Origin: Candidatus Poribacteria bacterium
Lineage (GTDB): Bacteria > Poribacteria > WGA-4E > WGA-3G
Reading direction: 5' to 3'
Length of the DNA: 64,000 nucleotides
Assembly: GCA_965197475.1 (NCBI GenBank)
Contig: CBDANF010000002.1
Location: 32,001 to 96,000, forward strand
Under the pieces are notes generated by a model. That model saw nothing but the letters and a program-made list of their open reading frames with translations, searched no databases and was not told where the DNA came from. Of this stretch, positions 35,199 through 46,000 are shown piece by piece (position 1 is the stretch's first letter; each line of letters opens with the position of its first letter). The translations under genes and the position numbers were made by a program.

Positions 35199-37298
35199 AT
35201 GCGCCGTTTCTTTTCCTTTTGGAGCCTAATGGCAACAACCTTGATTTTCGTAAGCCTCGCTTCAGCCGTGACTACGTCGTTGTGGGAACAACATCGTAGT
35301 ACGGATTTTGAAGCAGGTGAGATCAAAAATATTTCAGTTTCAAGCCAAGGAGATGCTAAGTTATCTCTCAAAATAGAAGACTTCTCAGAAGTTAAAGAGG
35401 CTCAGGTGTGGGCACTCGCTGAAGATTCTGAGGGGAATATCTATGCTGGGACAGGCAACGAAGGCAAAATCTACAAAATTAGTGCAGATGGTAAGACATC
35501 TGAGCTCTATTACGATTCACCAGAGGTTACTATTTTCAGTCTCGTCGTTGGAGCAGATGATACGCTGTATGCTGGCACAGGACCCGACGGTTTGGTCTAT
35601 AAAATTACAGATGAAGACACACCACCAAAAACAATACTGAGCAAAGGCGATAAGTATGTTTGGGCAATGCATCTGGACGACGATGGAAATCTTTACGCAG
35701 CTACCGGAACTGAGGGTAAAATTTACAAAATCACACCTGATGGCGAATCCAGTGTTTTCTTTGATACCGAAGAAAAAAATATCGTATCTTTGGTTGCGTT
35801 TGATGGTGGATTTTATGCTGGCAGCAGTGGTAACGGAATTATCTATAAGATCATGGACGATGGATCAGCAAATGTGATATACCAAGCCAAAGAAAAAGAG
35901 ATTCGTGACTTGGTTATGGATAGTGAAGGGAACGTCTATGCCTCGGCGGTCACATCAGTTCCGATGGACAGAGGCAGTAGTCGTCAAAGCAGAGGTCCTG
36001 CTGTTCCTGCACCGCAGGCACCAGGTAGCGGTCCTCCAAAAGAAAACAAATCCTATATCTATAGGTTACACCCTGATGGAACTACGGCATTGGTGTGGAG
36101 TTCTCCAGAACCGCTCATCTCAGCCATCGTTTTGGAAAATGATAAACAAATTTTAGTTGGAACCGGAAGTAATGGGAAATTATATCGTGTAAATCCAAAA
36201 ACTGGTGATTATGCAGCTGTCGGTAAATCTTCAGGAAAGGATATCGTAGCGATACTCCAGACGAAGCATGCGGATGACATGAAAACTATCCTTGGTGCCG
36301 GTAACCCAGGAAAACTATTCACTCTTACATCCACGCGTGTTGAGGAAGGAACACTTGAATCCTCAGTCCATAACGCACAAAGTTTGTCACGATGGGGTAA
36401 ACTCTCGTGGGAAGCTGAGGTAGAAGAGGGTACTTCAATAACCTTTGCTACTCGTTCCGGTAATACTCGCAAACCGGATGATACGTGGAACAAATGGTCA
36501 GAAGAACTTACGACCCCAGAAGGTTCGCAAATTCCGAATGCAGATGGACAGTACATCCAGTGGCGCGCGAAATTCACTACTACTGATGCGGCGAAAACAC
36601 CTGTTCTGAAAAAAGTAACACTCGCCTCCGCACAGACAAATGTTGAACCGAAGTTTTCCAGCGTCAGTATTGGTGCGGGGCGCAGCAGTTCGCAACGACC
36701 GTCTGCTGGACCTCCTTCACCAAGTAGTTCAAGTAGAGGAGCACCCGCTTCTTCACCAAAAAGATGGAAAATTGAGTGGAAGGTAGAAGATACCAATAAG
36801 GATACCTTACAGTTTACCGTATACTATAAAGCGGTTGATGAAGAAAATTGGCAACTCCTTAAAAAGGAACTTTCCAGTCCCAATTATGATTGGGATATCA
36901 CCTCTATCGCTGATGGCAGATACGAAGTAAAGGTTGTCGCAACTGACAAGTTGAGCAACCCAGTAGGATGGGAAAAATCTGCTTATAAGGTTAGCGCACC
37001 GGTTAATGTGGATAATACCGATCCTGATGTCGGTGAAATCCATGTTGAACCAAACGAGGACGGGACATTTAAAATTACTTGTGACGTTTCAGATATGATG
37101 AACACTGTCGAAAAAGCAGTTTACAAAATTGATAACGACGAAAAGTGGAAAGTTATTTTCCCTGACGACGGTATCTTTGACTCTAAAGAAGAGCAGCTGC
37201 TATTGAAAACTAGTAAGTTACCTGAAGGTGCACATAGCATTACAATTCGTGTGACCGATAGAGCACAGAATGTTGCAACAGGTCGAGAAAGTTTCTAA
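35199..37298 (+). CDS. Secreted beta-propeller protein with C-terminal FnIII/Ig-like domains (partner of the S55 protease)
   Basis: Signal peptide; repeats GN.YAGTG..GKIYKI; TRSGNT..PD..W..WS; YIQWRA. Confidence 0.75.
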   Translation: MRRFFSFWSLMATTLIFVSLASAVTTSLWEQHRSTDFEAGEIKNISVSSQGDAKLSLKIEDFSEVKEAQVWALAEDSEGNIYAGTGNEGKIYKISADGKTSELYYDSPEVTIFSLVVGADDTLYAGTGPDGLVYKITDEDTPPKTILSKGDKYVWAMHLDDDGNLYAATGTEGKIYKITPDGESSVFFDTEEKNIVSLVAFDGGFYAGSSGNGIIYKIMDDGSANVIYQAKEKEIRDLVMDSEGNVYASAVTSVPMDRGSSRQSRGPAVPAPQAPGSGPPKENKSYIYRLHPDGTTALVWSSPEPLISAIVLENDKQILVGTGSNGKLYRVNPKTGDYAAVGKSSGKDIVAILQTKHADDMKTILGAGNPGKLFTLTSTRVEEGTLESSVHNAQSLSRWGKLSWEAEVEEGTSITFATRSGNTRKPDDTWNKWSEELTTPEGSQIPNADGQYIQWRAKFTTTDAAKTPVLKKVTLASAQTNVEPKFSSVSIGAGRSSSQRPSAGPPSPSSSSRGAPASSPKRWKIEWKVEDTNKDTLQFTVYYKAVDEENWQLLKKELSSPNYDWDITSIADGRYEVKVVATDKLSNPVGWEKSAYKVSAPVNVDNTDPDVGEIHVEPNEDGTFKITCDVSDMMNTVEKAVYKIDNDEKWKVIFPDDGIFDSKEEQLLLKTSKLPEGAHSITIRVTDRAQNVATGRESF

Positions 37299-37322
37299 AC
37301 ACTACGATTGTAGCAACTATTT

Positions 37323-37359
37323 GTAGGGCGGGTTAATTATAACCTGCCCTACTTTTTTT
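37323..37359 (+). terminator. Rho-independent terminator (GTAG-REP-like stem)
   Basis: GTAGGGCGGGTTA/TAACCTGCCCTAC followed by T7. Confidence 0.8.
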
Positions 37360-37364
37360 ATTGT

Positions 37365-37485
37365 CAGGACTTACGCAATGTGTTTAAAAGTCCCACTGAT
37401 AAGGGGGATTTAGGGGGTTAAAAGCACCAAATTCTGCCTATTTAACCCCCTAACCCCCTTATCAAGGGGGAATGCGTAAGTCCTG
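37365..37485. mobile_element. MITE (121 bp)
   Basis: 13-bp TIRs CAGGACTTACGCA/TGCGTAAGTCCTG; 5-bp TSD ATTGT; internal inverted pair TGATAAGGGGGATTTAGGGGGTTAAA / TTTAACCCCCTAACCCCCTTATCA. Confidence 0.88.
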
Positions 37486-37569
37486 ATTGTAATACCCAAT
37501 TGACTTGATTAGACGTCTTGAGATAAAGTGGGCATTGCGAGGCACGGGGACCTCGCGCTACAAATCGTG

Positions 37570-38949
37570 TTAATTGGATATTACTTCAGAAATAGAACGG
37601 TAAGTTATATCAAGGAGGGAATCCAATTCAGATATTGATATTTGTAAAGGTGGCATCAGGACGATAGTATTGACAAGTGGTCGGAGTATTGCACCTTGAG
37701 TAAGTGCAAATTTGCATACCCGGATACCTACCTTCTCTTCAAACGGATAAGGGGTGTAGGTGTTCGGGTTTTTCATTAATTCTATGCCTGCAGCCATGCC
37801 ACAGACGCGCACATCGCCGACGTGCGGCAGCGCGTAGAATTCCTCAAGACGTTTTTTGAAATGTTTGATAGTTACTCGAAGACGATCAAGGAGATTTTCT
37901 CGTTCAAAAATTGCGATATTTTCTAACGCCACGGCACAAGCTAACGGATTTCCTGTGAATGTATGACCGTGAAAAAAGGTTTTGAGGTCGCGATATTCCC
38001 CAAGGAAGGCGTTATAAATCTCATCAGTGGTTAGCGTTGCTGCGAGTGGCAGATAACCGGCTGCGAGACCTTTTGCCGTGCATAAAAGGTCTGGCGAAAC
38101 GTTCTCATGTTCACATGCCCACATTTCTCCGGTGCGTCCAAACCCTGTCATCACTTCATCAACGATGAGAAGGGTTCCCCACTTTTTCGCTAACGCGGCA
38201 AGTTCCTGCAGAAAGCCTTTCGGAGCGATTAACATACCACCCGCTCCTTGTATTAACGGTTCTAAAATGATACCTGCTACTTGTCCGGGATGTTCGGAGA
38301 AGACGCGTTCTACCGCATTGAGCCAACGCGTCTTTATTCCGTCAGCGGAATCGTTTTGAGTTGCGTTTTTAGACTTAGCGGATCGATAGGTTTCGGTAGC
38401 GGAAACGCGGATACTTTTAAAAAGAAGGGAATTAAAGGTGCTATGAAAACTCTCAATACCCCCTACACTCATTGCACCGACTGTGTCTCCGTGGTAGGCT
38501 TTATCAAAATGAACAAATAGTTTGCGATGCGGCTGTCCTTTATGCTGCCAGTACTGAAACGCGATCTTCAGTGCGACTTCAACCGCAGTTGAACCGTTAT
38601 CGGAGTAGAAAACCTTATTGAGACCAATGGGGGTGATTTCAGCCAGTTTTTGGGCAAGTTGGATGGCTGGAATGTTACTGTAACCGAGCAGCGTGGAATG
38701 TGCGATCTTATCTAACTGGGTTTTAAGTGCGGCGTTTAGGTCCGGATGATTGTGTCCATGAACGTTCGTCCACATAGAGGCGATCCCATCAAGATATCGA
38801 TTTCCGTCAATATCAATCAGGTAAACCCCATCGCCGCGTTCAATAATAACAGGGTCCTCCGTCAACCAATCACGCATCTGTGTGAAAGGATGCCAGAGGT
38901 AATCTTTATCCCAAGCAGTTAACTGCTCTCTATCCCTTAAGTTTTGCAT
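37570..38949 (-). CDS. bioA: Adenosylmethionine-8-amino-7-oxononanoate aminotransferase
   Basis: WHPFTQM, SDNGSTAVEVALK, YHGDT, DEVMTGFGRTG, AKGL.GGYLPL-like, FFHGHTFTGNPL. Confidence 0.95.
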   Translation of the reverse strand: MQNLRDREQLTAWDKDYLWHPFTQMRDWLTEDPVIIERGDGVYLIDIDGNRYLDGIASMWTNVHGHNHPDLNAALKTQLDKIAHSTLLGYSNIPAIQLAQKLAEITPIGLNKVFYSDNGSTAVEVALKIAFQYWQHKGQPHRKLFVHFDKAYHGDTVGAMSVGGIESFHSTFNSLLFKSIRVSATETYRSAKSKNATQNDSADGIKTRWLNAVERVFSEHPGQVAGIILEPLIQGAGGMLIAPKGFLQELAALAKKWGTLLIVDEVMTGFGRTGEMWACEHENVSPDLLCTAKGLAAGYLPLAATLTTDEIYNAFLGEYRDLKTFFHGHTFTGNPLACAVALENIAIFERENLLDRLRVTIKHFKKRLEEFYALPHVGDVRVCGMAAGIELMKNPNTYTPYPFEEKVGIRVCKFALTQGAILRPLVNTIVLMPPLQISISELDSLLDITYRSISEVISN

Positions 38950-40225
38950 AGTGAACAGGAAGTTCTAACGCAAGTTGATCATACGTTCCTGCCTTTGGCA
39001 CGACAATTTCCAGCACTCTATTCCGATACTTTGCATGGAAATCCTCTGGCTGCCCTGGAATAGGAAAGATGTTTCTGAATCCGTCAGGAAATGAACTAGT
39101 ACGTCCAACGACCTTCTCAAATCTCCGATCAGCAAATTCTTGTGGTTTCTTAACATCTCTTGGAAGATGCGTTTGCACGGTCAAAACACTCTCTAGCGAG
39201 GGGGAAGCATCTGCTGAAGCATAAGGAGAACTGAGATAAACTTCATAGTCGTAATGTGGCATTCTATCTGGTAGGTCGTATGTCTCTTTGGCTGCAGAAT
39301 TGGGTACCCAACGTGGAAATTCAATTTCTATCTTATAGTGATCAGCCAACTCTAAGACTCGGTTGATCATTCCGTAACGACGGTACCGTTCCTTTATATC
39401 GTCACTGTAAATTGCGCCCTCGGTCTGAATAGCACCAGGCATTGTTGTTCGAGGTGCCGCAGGAGCGGAAACCAAAATAGAACGCATCGCTTTGAAAACT
39501 GGCGTAACGAAGAGTGAGGGAATCCATCCGTAGAACGATGCACCATAGCGAGACTGCTCATCATCCGGAGTTGAAGTGAGTTCATCCTTAAAACGGAATA
39601 TACCTTCAGCAATAGCAATGACTATACCCAAAAAGATCATCAGATTAACTTCAGGGGTAAAAACACTAACACTTTGCCCTTGCGTCTTGATGAAGAAAAG
39701 CACGAGTGGATAAAGAATCAAATTGATTAGACTGTTGATCCCTGTTGAAACCGCGGCACTGAAAACCCAGGAGTTCCCTGCCATTTCTTCTAACTGTGCT
39801 TTAAATTTCGCTGAGAACGCACCAAGGATCGGTTGTCCGAGCATTGCTATTAAACCAAAAGGTTGACGTAGCGATGATCCGACAGCATCTGGCAGCTGCA
39901 CAAATTCTTCTGGAACCCCCTGTTCTTTTCCTTTACTTTGTCCTGTACCGTCAGATTCGTCATCTGTTTTCTCGGGATAAACGAACGTCTCAAAGAATTT
40001 ACTGTTTATATCAATAAACGATTCCCACTGACTTGGAACATCACTTTGCATATAGATCGCTTCCACGGGACACGCGGGTACACATGCTGCACAATCAATA
40101 CACACGTTTGGATCAATGTATAGTTGATTTTCGCCTTCAACGGTATGTATGCAGTGAACAGGACAAACTACAACACATGCGGTGTCTTTTACGTCTATGC
40201 AAGGTTCACAAATTATGTATGCCAT
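38930..40225 (-). CDS. FdxA-like dicluster ferredoxin fused to TM helices and a C-terminal HSP20/alpha-crystallin-like domain
   Basis: GAGGAGG RBS before ATG 40225; MAYIICEPCIDVKDTACVVVCPVHCIH...CIDCAACVPACPVEAI; hydrophobic middle; YKIEIEFP...AKYRNRVLEIVVPK. Confidence 0.7.
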   Translation of the reverse strand: MAYIICEPCIDVKDTACVVVCPVHCIHTVEGENQLYIDPNVCIDCAACVPACPVEAIYMQSDVPSQWESFIDINSKFFETFVYPEKTDDESDGTGQSKGKEQGVPEEFVQLPDAVGSSLRQPFGLIAMLGQPILGAFSAKFKAQLEEMAGNSWVFSAAVSTGINSLINLILYPLVLFFIKTQGQSVSVFTPEVNLMIFLGIVIAIAEGIFRFKDELTSTPDDEQSRYGASFYGWIPSLFVTPVFKAMRSILVSAPAAPRTTMPGAIQTEGAIYSDDIKERYRRYGMINRVLELADHYKIEIEFPRWVPNSAAKETYDLPDRMPHYDYEVYLSSPYASADASPSLESVLTVQTHLPRDVKKPQEFADRRFEKVVGRTSSFPDGFRNIFPIPGQPEDFHAKYRNRVLEIVVPKAGTYDQLALELPVHYAKLKG

Positions 40226-40451
40226 TCGTATTTTCGCCTCCTCTTCAAAATACTCCGCTTTAATTATACCACAATTAGTCGTAGATAGCAAGTTCAATCA
40301 ATTCAAAAATTGCTTGATAGAAAAGATGATTTGTGCTAAATTCATGAAAGTAATACCTACCAGTTCATACCTTTTGAGTGAATTCTTCCGAACATTAATA
40401 AATCGCTCCAAATTCTTACTGAAACACAATACTTGGAGAAGCATACCCATT

Positions 40452-43094
40452 ATGAAAAAGCATGTATCTTTTTTCGTGCCTCTATTGACAATTTCAACTT
40501 TATTACTACCGCAAGTTTTCGGTAGCGGTCCCAGTCCACCACCTCGTGCATTGCCTGAAGGTGCGAAAATGCGTATTGGTCAAGGACGCGGGGTTGATTT
40601 TGCGTTTTCACCGGATGGTAATCGGATCGCTGTTGCCTGTTCTATTATCGGGATATGGATTCATGATGCACACACAGGATCGGAGCTTGCGTTACTAACG
40701 GGACATACAGACGCGGTCACTTCTGTTGCGTATTCGTCAGATGGGAAAACCCTTGCGAGTGGCAGTTACGACCACACAGTTAGATTGTGGGACGCACACA
40801 CCTTTGAACCTCAAGCGACCCTTACAGGACATACGGGCGATACTAAAGCATTAGCATTTTCGCCAGATGGAACGACACTTGCTACAGGTGCAAGTAGAAG
40901 TAGTGCGATTCGGAGATTTAATCTCCTTGGCGAGGAAGTCAAGGTGCAGGAAGAAATTGATAGTTCTATTCGGTTATGGGACGTTGCTACTGGGAAGCTC
41001 AAGTTGACCCTCACAGGACATACTGGATGGATCACTGCTTTAACATATTCTTCCGATGGGACAACACTTGCGAGTGCAAGTACGGATGGCACGGTTCACT
41101 TATGGGATGGTACCACTGGGAAACATAAAATTACGCTCAAGGAACATAAACAAAATGTGAATTCTGTTGAGTTTTCACCGGATAGCAAGCGTCTCGCCAG
41201 CTGGGGTTCCGACGCAACCGTTCGTTTGTGGGACCCGCACACCGGCAAACAGATAGCAATCATTGACGACAATCATTATGGGGCAGTGGCGTTTTCACCG
41301 GATAGTTCAACATTGGTCAGTAGCCAGGGAAGGGGTAACTCTACAATTCGTTTGTGGAACGCACATACCGGAGAGCAGAAAGCCAAACTGGAGGCACAAC
41401 TCGGTAGCATTTTTTCAGTGGTATTTTCACCCGACGGTTCAAAACTTGTTACCACTGAAGATTGGCAAAACAAGACAATTCGGTCATGGGATATAAACAG
41501 TCTCGAATTCCAGACTGACCTTAAAGGCGATCCACATGTGGTACATTCACCCCAAAGACCTCATCCAACCCAAGTTGTTGGGAGTACAGGGTGGAACGCC
41601 AGGCTTGAGTACTCACCGGATGGTGCTACACTTACCAGTTGGAGTTTTGATGAAATTCGACTATGGGACGCACACACCGGAGAACAGAAAGCAAAGATGG
41701 GGTATCCGCGTCAGCGGGAGCATCGTTATGGTAGACCTTTTGTAGCGTTTTCCTCAGACGCTGCGACATTTGCCTGTGGTAATGGTACGGCTAAAATATG
41801 GTTATTTGATGCCGACACATACAAGTTTCGTGCTGCACTTAATGGGCATACAGATGTGGTTTATGCTGCTGCGCTTTCACTAGATGGCACAACACTTGCC
41901 AGTGCAAGTAAAGACAAAACATTACGGTTGTGGGATGTACAGACTGGCAAGCACCGTGTAAAACTTAATGGACATACGGATGTAGTTCACACGTTAGCGT
42001 TCTCTCAAGATGGAACAATGCTTGCCAGCGGGAGTGCGGATAGAAAAGTTATCTTGTGGAATGTACAAACTGGTGAAACACTAAAGAAACTCGTAGGACA
42101 TACAAATACAGTGGGTAACGTTGTGTTCGCAGCTGATGGAGAGACGCTCGCGAGTGTGAGTGAGAAAGAAATTCGGGTGTGGAACGCATTCACTGGAAAA
42201 CAGCGGTTTACTCTTGAAGGACATCCGTTGAGTACATCATCCTTAGCATTTTCACCAGATGGAAAAATACTCGCTACTGGCCACAAGTGGGAGATTAAAT
42301 TGTGGGATGTGCACACAGGACAACTCCAGAATACCCTCTCAGGACATTTGGATAATAATAGGTCTTTAGTATTCTCTCCAGATGGAACATTGCTTGTCAG
42401 TAGTGGCGAAACAGTTCAGTTGTGGGAAACGAGCACCGGGAAGAACCTGTCTACACTCTCTAAGAAGAGAGGTTTAGGGACGTTGGCGTTTTCTGCGGAT
42501 GGCAAGATGCTTGCGGGTGCGGACGGTAGTTCAATTGAATTATGGGATGTCAGTATTCATCAACATATAACAACCCTACGTGGACATAGTTCGTCTGTTA
42601 CTTCAATCGCAATTTCACCAAAAGACGGGACGCTTGCCAGTGCAAGTTACGATGGCACAATTGTTTTGTGGGAACCAGTAAACGTGGTAGACAAGAACAT
42701 AATTGCGAAGATCACGCCTTTGTCAGCGGTATCTTCAACAATCGGAAAACAGATCACCTTCAGCATTGAAATTGCGGGTGCGGAAAACGTGGTTGGATAT
42801 CAGTTAACGCTCCAATTTGATGAAACTGCCCTTCAATATATCTCGAGTAATAATGGGGACTACCTACCCGGTACTCCTTTCTTCATAAAGCCGGTTCTTG
42901 AGAAAAATAATTTAACACTTGCATCAACTGCGCTCACAGGGTCGGGTAATGGTGATGGCACGCTTGCGACTGTAACGTTTGAGATTATTGCTGTTAAACC
43001 TACATCCTTGAATATAAATAATCTGATTCTCTCTGACAAAGCGGGTAAACGTTTGCGTCCCGATGTAAAAAGTGAGAAGGAGAAGAAAAAATGA
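40452..43094 (+). CDS. Secreted WD40-repeat protein with C-terminal cohesin domain
   Basis: Start MKKHVS at 40452 (signal peptide); LPEGAKMRIGQG lead-in; many GH...FSPDG...LASxSxDxTVRLWD repeats; GYQLTLQFD..AL.Y...GDGTLATVTFE cohesin. Confidence 0.88.
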   Translation: MKKHVSFFVPLLTISTLLLPQVFGSGPSPPPRALPEGAKMRIGQGRGVDFAFSPDGNRIAVACSIIGIWIHDAHTGSELALLTGHTDAVTSVAYSSDGKTLASGSYDHTVRLWDAHTFEPQATLTGHTGDTKALAFSPDGTTLATGASRSSAIRRFNLLGEEVKVQEEIDSSIRLWDVATGKLKLTLTGHTGWITALTYSSDGTTLASASTDGTVHLWDGTTGKHKITLKEHKQNVNSVEFSPDSKRLASWGSDATVRLWDPHTGKQIAIIDDNHYGAVAFSPDSSTLVSSQGRGNSTIRLWNAHTGEQKAKLEAQLGSIFSVVFSPDGSKLVTTEDWQNKTIRSWDINSLEFQTDLKGDPHVVHSPQRPHPTQVVGSTGWNARLEYSPDGATLTSWSFDEIRLWDAHTGEQKAKMGYPRQREHRYGRPFVAFSSDAATFACGNGTAKIWLFDADTYKFRAALNGHTDVVYAAALSLDGTTLASASKDKTLRLWDVQTGKHRVKLNGHTDVVHTLAFSQDGTMLASGSADRKVILWNVQTGETLKKLVGHTNTVGNVVFAADGETLASVSEKEIRVWNAFTGKQRFTLEGHPLSTSSLAFSPDGKILATGHKWEIKLWDVHTGQLQNTLSGHLDNNRSLVFSPDGTLLVSSGETVQLWETSTGKNLSTLSKKRGLGTLAFSADGKMLAGADGSSIELWDVSIHQHITTLRGHSSSVTSIAISPKDGTLASASYDGTIVLWEPVNVVDKNIIAKITPLSAVSSTIGKQITFSIEIAGAENVVGYQLTLQFDETALQYISSNNGDYLPGTPFFIKPVLEKNNLTLASTALTGSGNGDGTLATVTFEIIAVKPTSLNINNLILSDKAGKRLRPDVKSEKEKKK

Positions 43095-46000
43095 AATTAA
43101 TGAGAACACTAATTGTTACACTGCTGTTGATTTTCACATCTCTATCAGAAGGCATATCCCAGGATTCTTCTCAGTGGGCATTACCTGAAAATGCTATTGC
43201 GCGTATCGGCAGAGGAAGGATAACTGATATGGCATATTCTCCGGATGGTAAGCTGCTGGCAGTCGGAACTTCTATTGGCACATGGCTGTATGATGCACAT
43301 AGCGGTGCTGAAGTGGCACTGCTTACGGGTTATACGAATGAAGATTTTGGAGGTTTTTCAGGAAATGTGCCTCATAAGTCCAGTTTATCGTTTTCGCCAG
43401 ATGGAAAAATGCTTGCAAGTGCCTATTGGGACGGAAAAGTCCGTGTCTGGGATGTATCTACTCGTAAACTCATATCCACCATTAAAGGGTATTGGCATTC
43501 TGCTCTGTTTTCCCCGGATGGAAAAATACTCTCAACCGGTGATATATTGTGGGATACAGATTCTTTCAAACAAATAAGTTCTCTCGGAAAGCGTAACAGC
43601 GGAGGAAGTGCTTTCACTTTCTCCCCCGACGGGACCGTTCTCGTAACCGGTGTTAGTCCAAAAATTAGTTTGTGGAACCTAAAAACGGAACAACGCGAAA
43701 CAATTGATGTAGGTGAGAGGGGATTTATTAATTCTGTGGTGTATTCACCGGATAGCACGACGCTTGCCAGCTGTGGGATGTGGGATAATACTATCCGATT
43801 GTGGGACCCAAAAACCGGGGAACAGAAAGCAATCCTCAAAGGACATACAAGGGTTGTTAATTCAGTGGCGTATTCACCCGATGGTAAAACACTTGCAAGT
43901 TCTTGTTGGGACATGATACGGTTATGGGACGCGAAAACAGGACAGCATAAAATGACCATTCCAAAACCTGACGCACTGTTTACCGAAATAGAATACACAC
44001 GGGATGGCAAAACACTTACAAGTGTGAGTGCCAATGGCAAGATTCAATTGTGGGACGCGAAAACAGGACAACACAAAGGTATCCTCACATATGTGCAGAG
44101 TATCTATTCTATGCTACCCTCACCCGATGGCAGAAAAATTGCCACTGGACTGCACGGTGATTTGCTGCTGTGGCATATTAGCACTCAACAACCAAAGCCT
44201 ATCCTCACAGTACATACAGAATACATCACCCCCGTGCTATTCTCACAGGATGGAACAACTATTACATGTGTAAAGAGCAGTATGGAACACGTTGCACTGC
44301 TGCTTTGTGACGTACAAACTGGAAAACGCGACGAAACTTTTTCACAACAACTAAAAAATGTCTATTCAAGAACACTTTCTCCTGATGGAAAAATCCTCGC
44401 TTTAAAAATAGAATACAGTACCATACAGTTGTGGAACACAACAACAGGCGAACAGAAAGCAACCCTAACAAAGCAGCAAGGAAGATTTGATACTATGATA
44501 TTCTCTCCAGATAGTAGTCTCTTTGTTACAAGGGATGATGGGGGAACAATTGAGTTGTGGGATGCTAAAACTGGACAACACAAAACAGTCTTAACAAATC
44601 AAGGGGGAGTGACAGATGCATTGGCGTTCTCGCCGGATGGGAAAGTGCTCGCTTGTAGTGGCAACAACGAAGTTCACCTATGGGATCTAAATACAGGAAC
44701 CCAAATATACTCTACTTTTGCCACTTCTGATCGTATGCCAGGATTTATTTCGTTAGCATTCTCCCCAGATGGAACAATCTTCGCTAGTGGGAGTTACGAT
44801 GCCAAAATTCGTTTATGGAATACGACCACTGGACTGCTCATGGATACCCTCATCGGCCATACAGGTCCTATTGAGTCGTTAATGTTTCTACCTCAGCAGA
44901 AAGTTTCAGTAGCAGCGAATTCGAAAATCAGTCGTTCTTCCAAAACCAAAACTACTTTAGCAAGCCGGAGTAGAGATGGGACAGTTCTCTTATGGGAGGT
45001 AAAACCTTTTGTTGAAACAGCAGCAGTCGTCAATATTACACCTTCTCTCGTAGAATCACCTGAGATCAGTGAACAATTGACGCTCAATGTTGATATTAAG
45101 GGTGGCACAAACGTTAGTGGTTATCAGCTAACGGTAGAGTTTGATGCCACGGCACTCAGATATGTTTCAGCTGAAAACGGAGACTATCTTCCAAGTAATA
45201 CAACACTTGATGCCTCTTTAGATCCACTTTGGATGCGCGCGCTAAATCGCGTCAAACTGATAGGAGCGAGTTCCTCAAATGAACCTAATAGTGGTGTTGG
45301 CACGCTCGCAAGCGTTACATTTGAAGTTATAGAGGCAAAAGCCTCAACCGTAAGTCTACCGAAAGTGCACCTTGAAAAAAGCGATGGCAGCTTCGCGCGT
45401 CCTATCGTTGAACACGGCTCTGTACTTGATCCCACACAATCAAAAAAGACTCCTGTAGATTACACACAATTCGCGTTGCCAGATAGCGCGAAAGCACGTT
45501 TGGGCAAAGGCACAATCTATGATATTAAGTTTTCACCAGATAATACACGACTTGCAGTAGCAAGCTCAATCGGGATTTGGTTGTATGATGCAAACACTGG
45601 GGATGAACTCGCGCTACTCAAAGGACACACGAAACCCGCTTTTGTAATCGCCTTTTCACCTGAAGGTGATCTACTTGCGAGTGGTAGTTCTAATGGAACG
45701 CTTCGTTTATGGAATTCACTTACCTATCAACAGCTAAAAACTTTCAGGGGGGACAGTACTACCATCGCGTTTTCACCAGATGGACAAACACTTTTTAACG
45801 GTAGGCAGTTATGGAATGTTCATACCGGACAACCACTCGCAGCCATCAAGCCGGGAAATATTGAGACTGTTACCGATGCCGCGTTCTCACCAAATGGGAA
45901 AACTCTTGCCACTACAACCCGGGAAGGCAAAATTGAGTTATGGGATGTAAACAGTGGGCAGCGAAAAACTTTGCTGTATGAAGGTGAACATTCTAATTCT

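Noticed and set aside
40182-40451. N-terminal 90-aa extension of the WD40 ORF and the 40297 start of the ferredoxin fusion
   Set aside because: They overlap each other on opposite strands; signal peptide and RBS positions support starts at 40452 and 40225.
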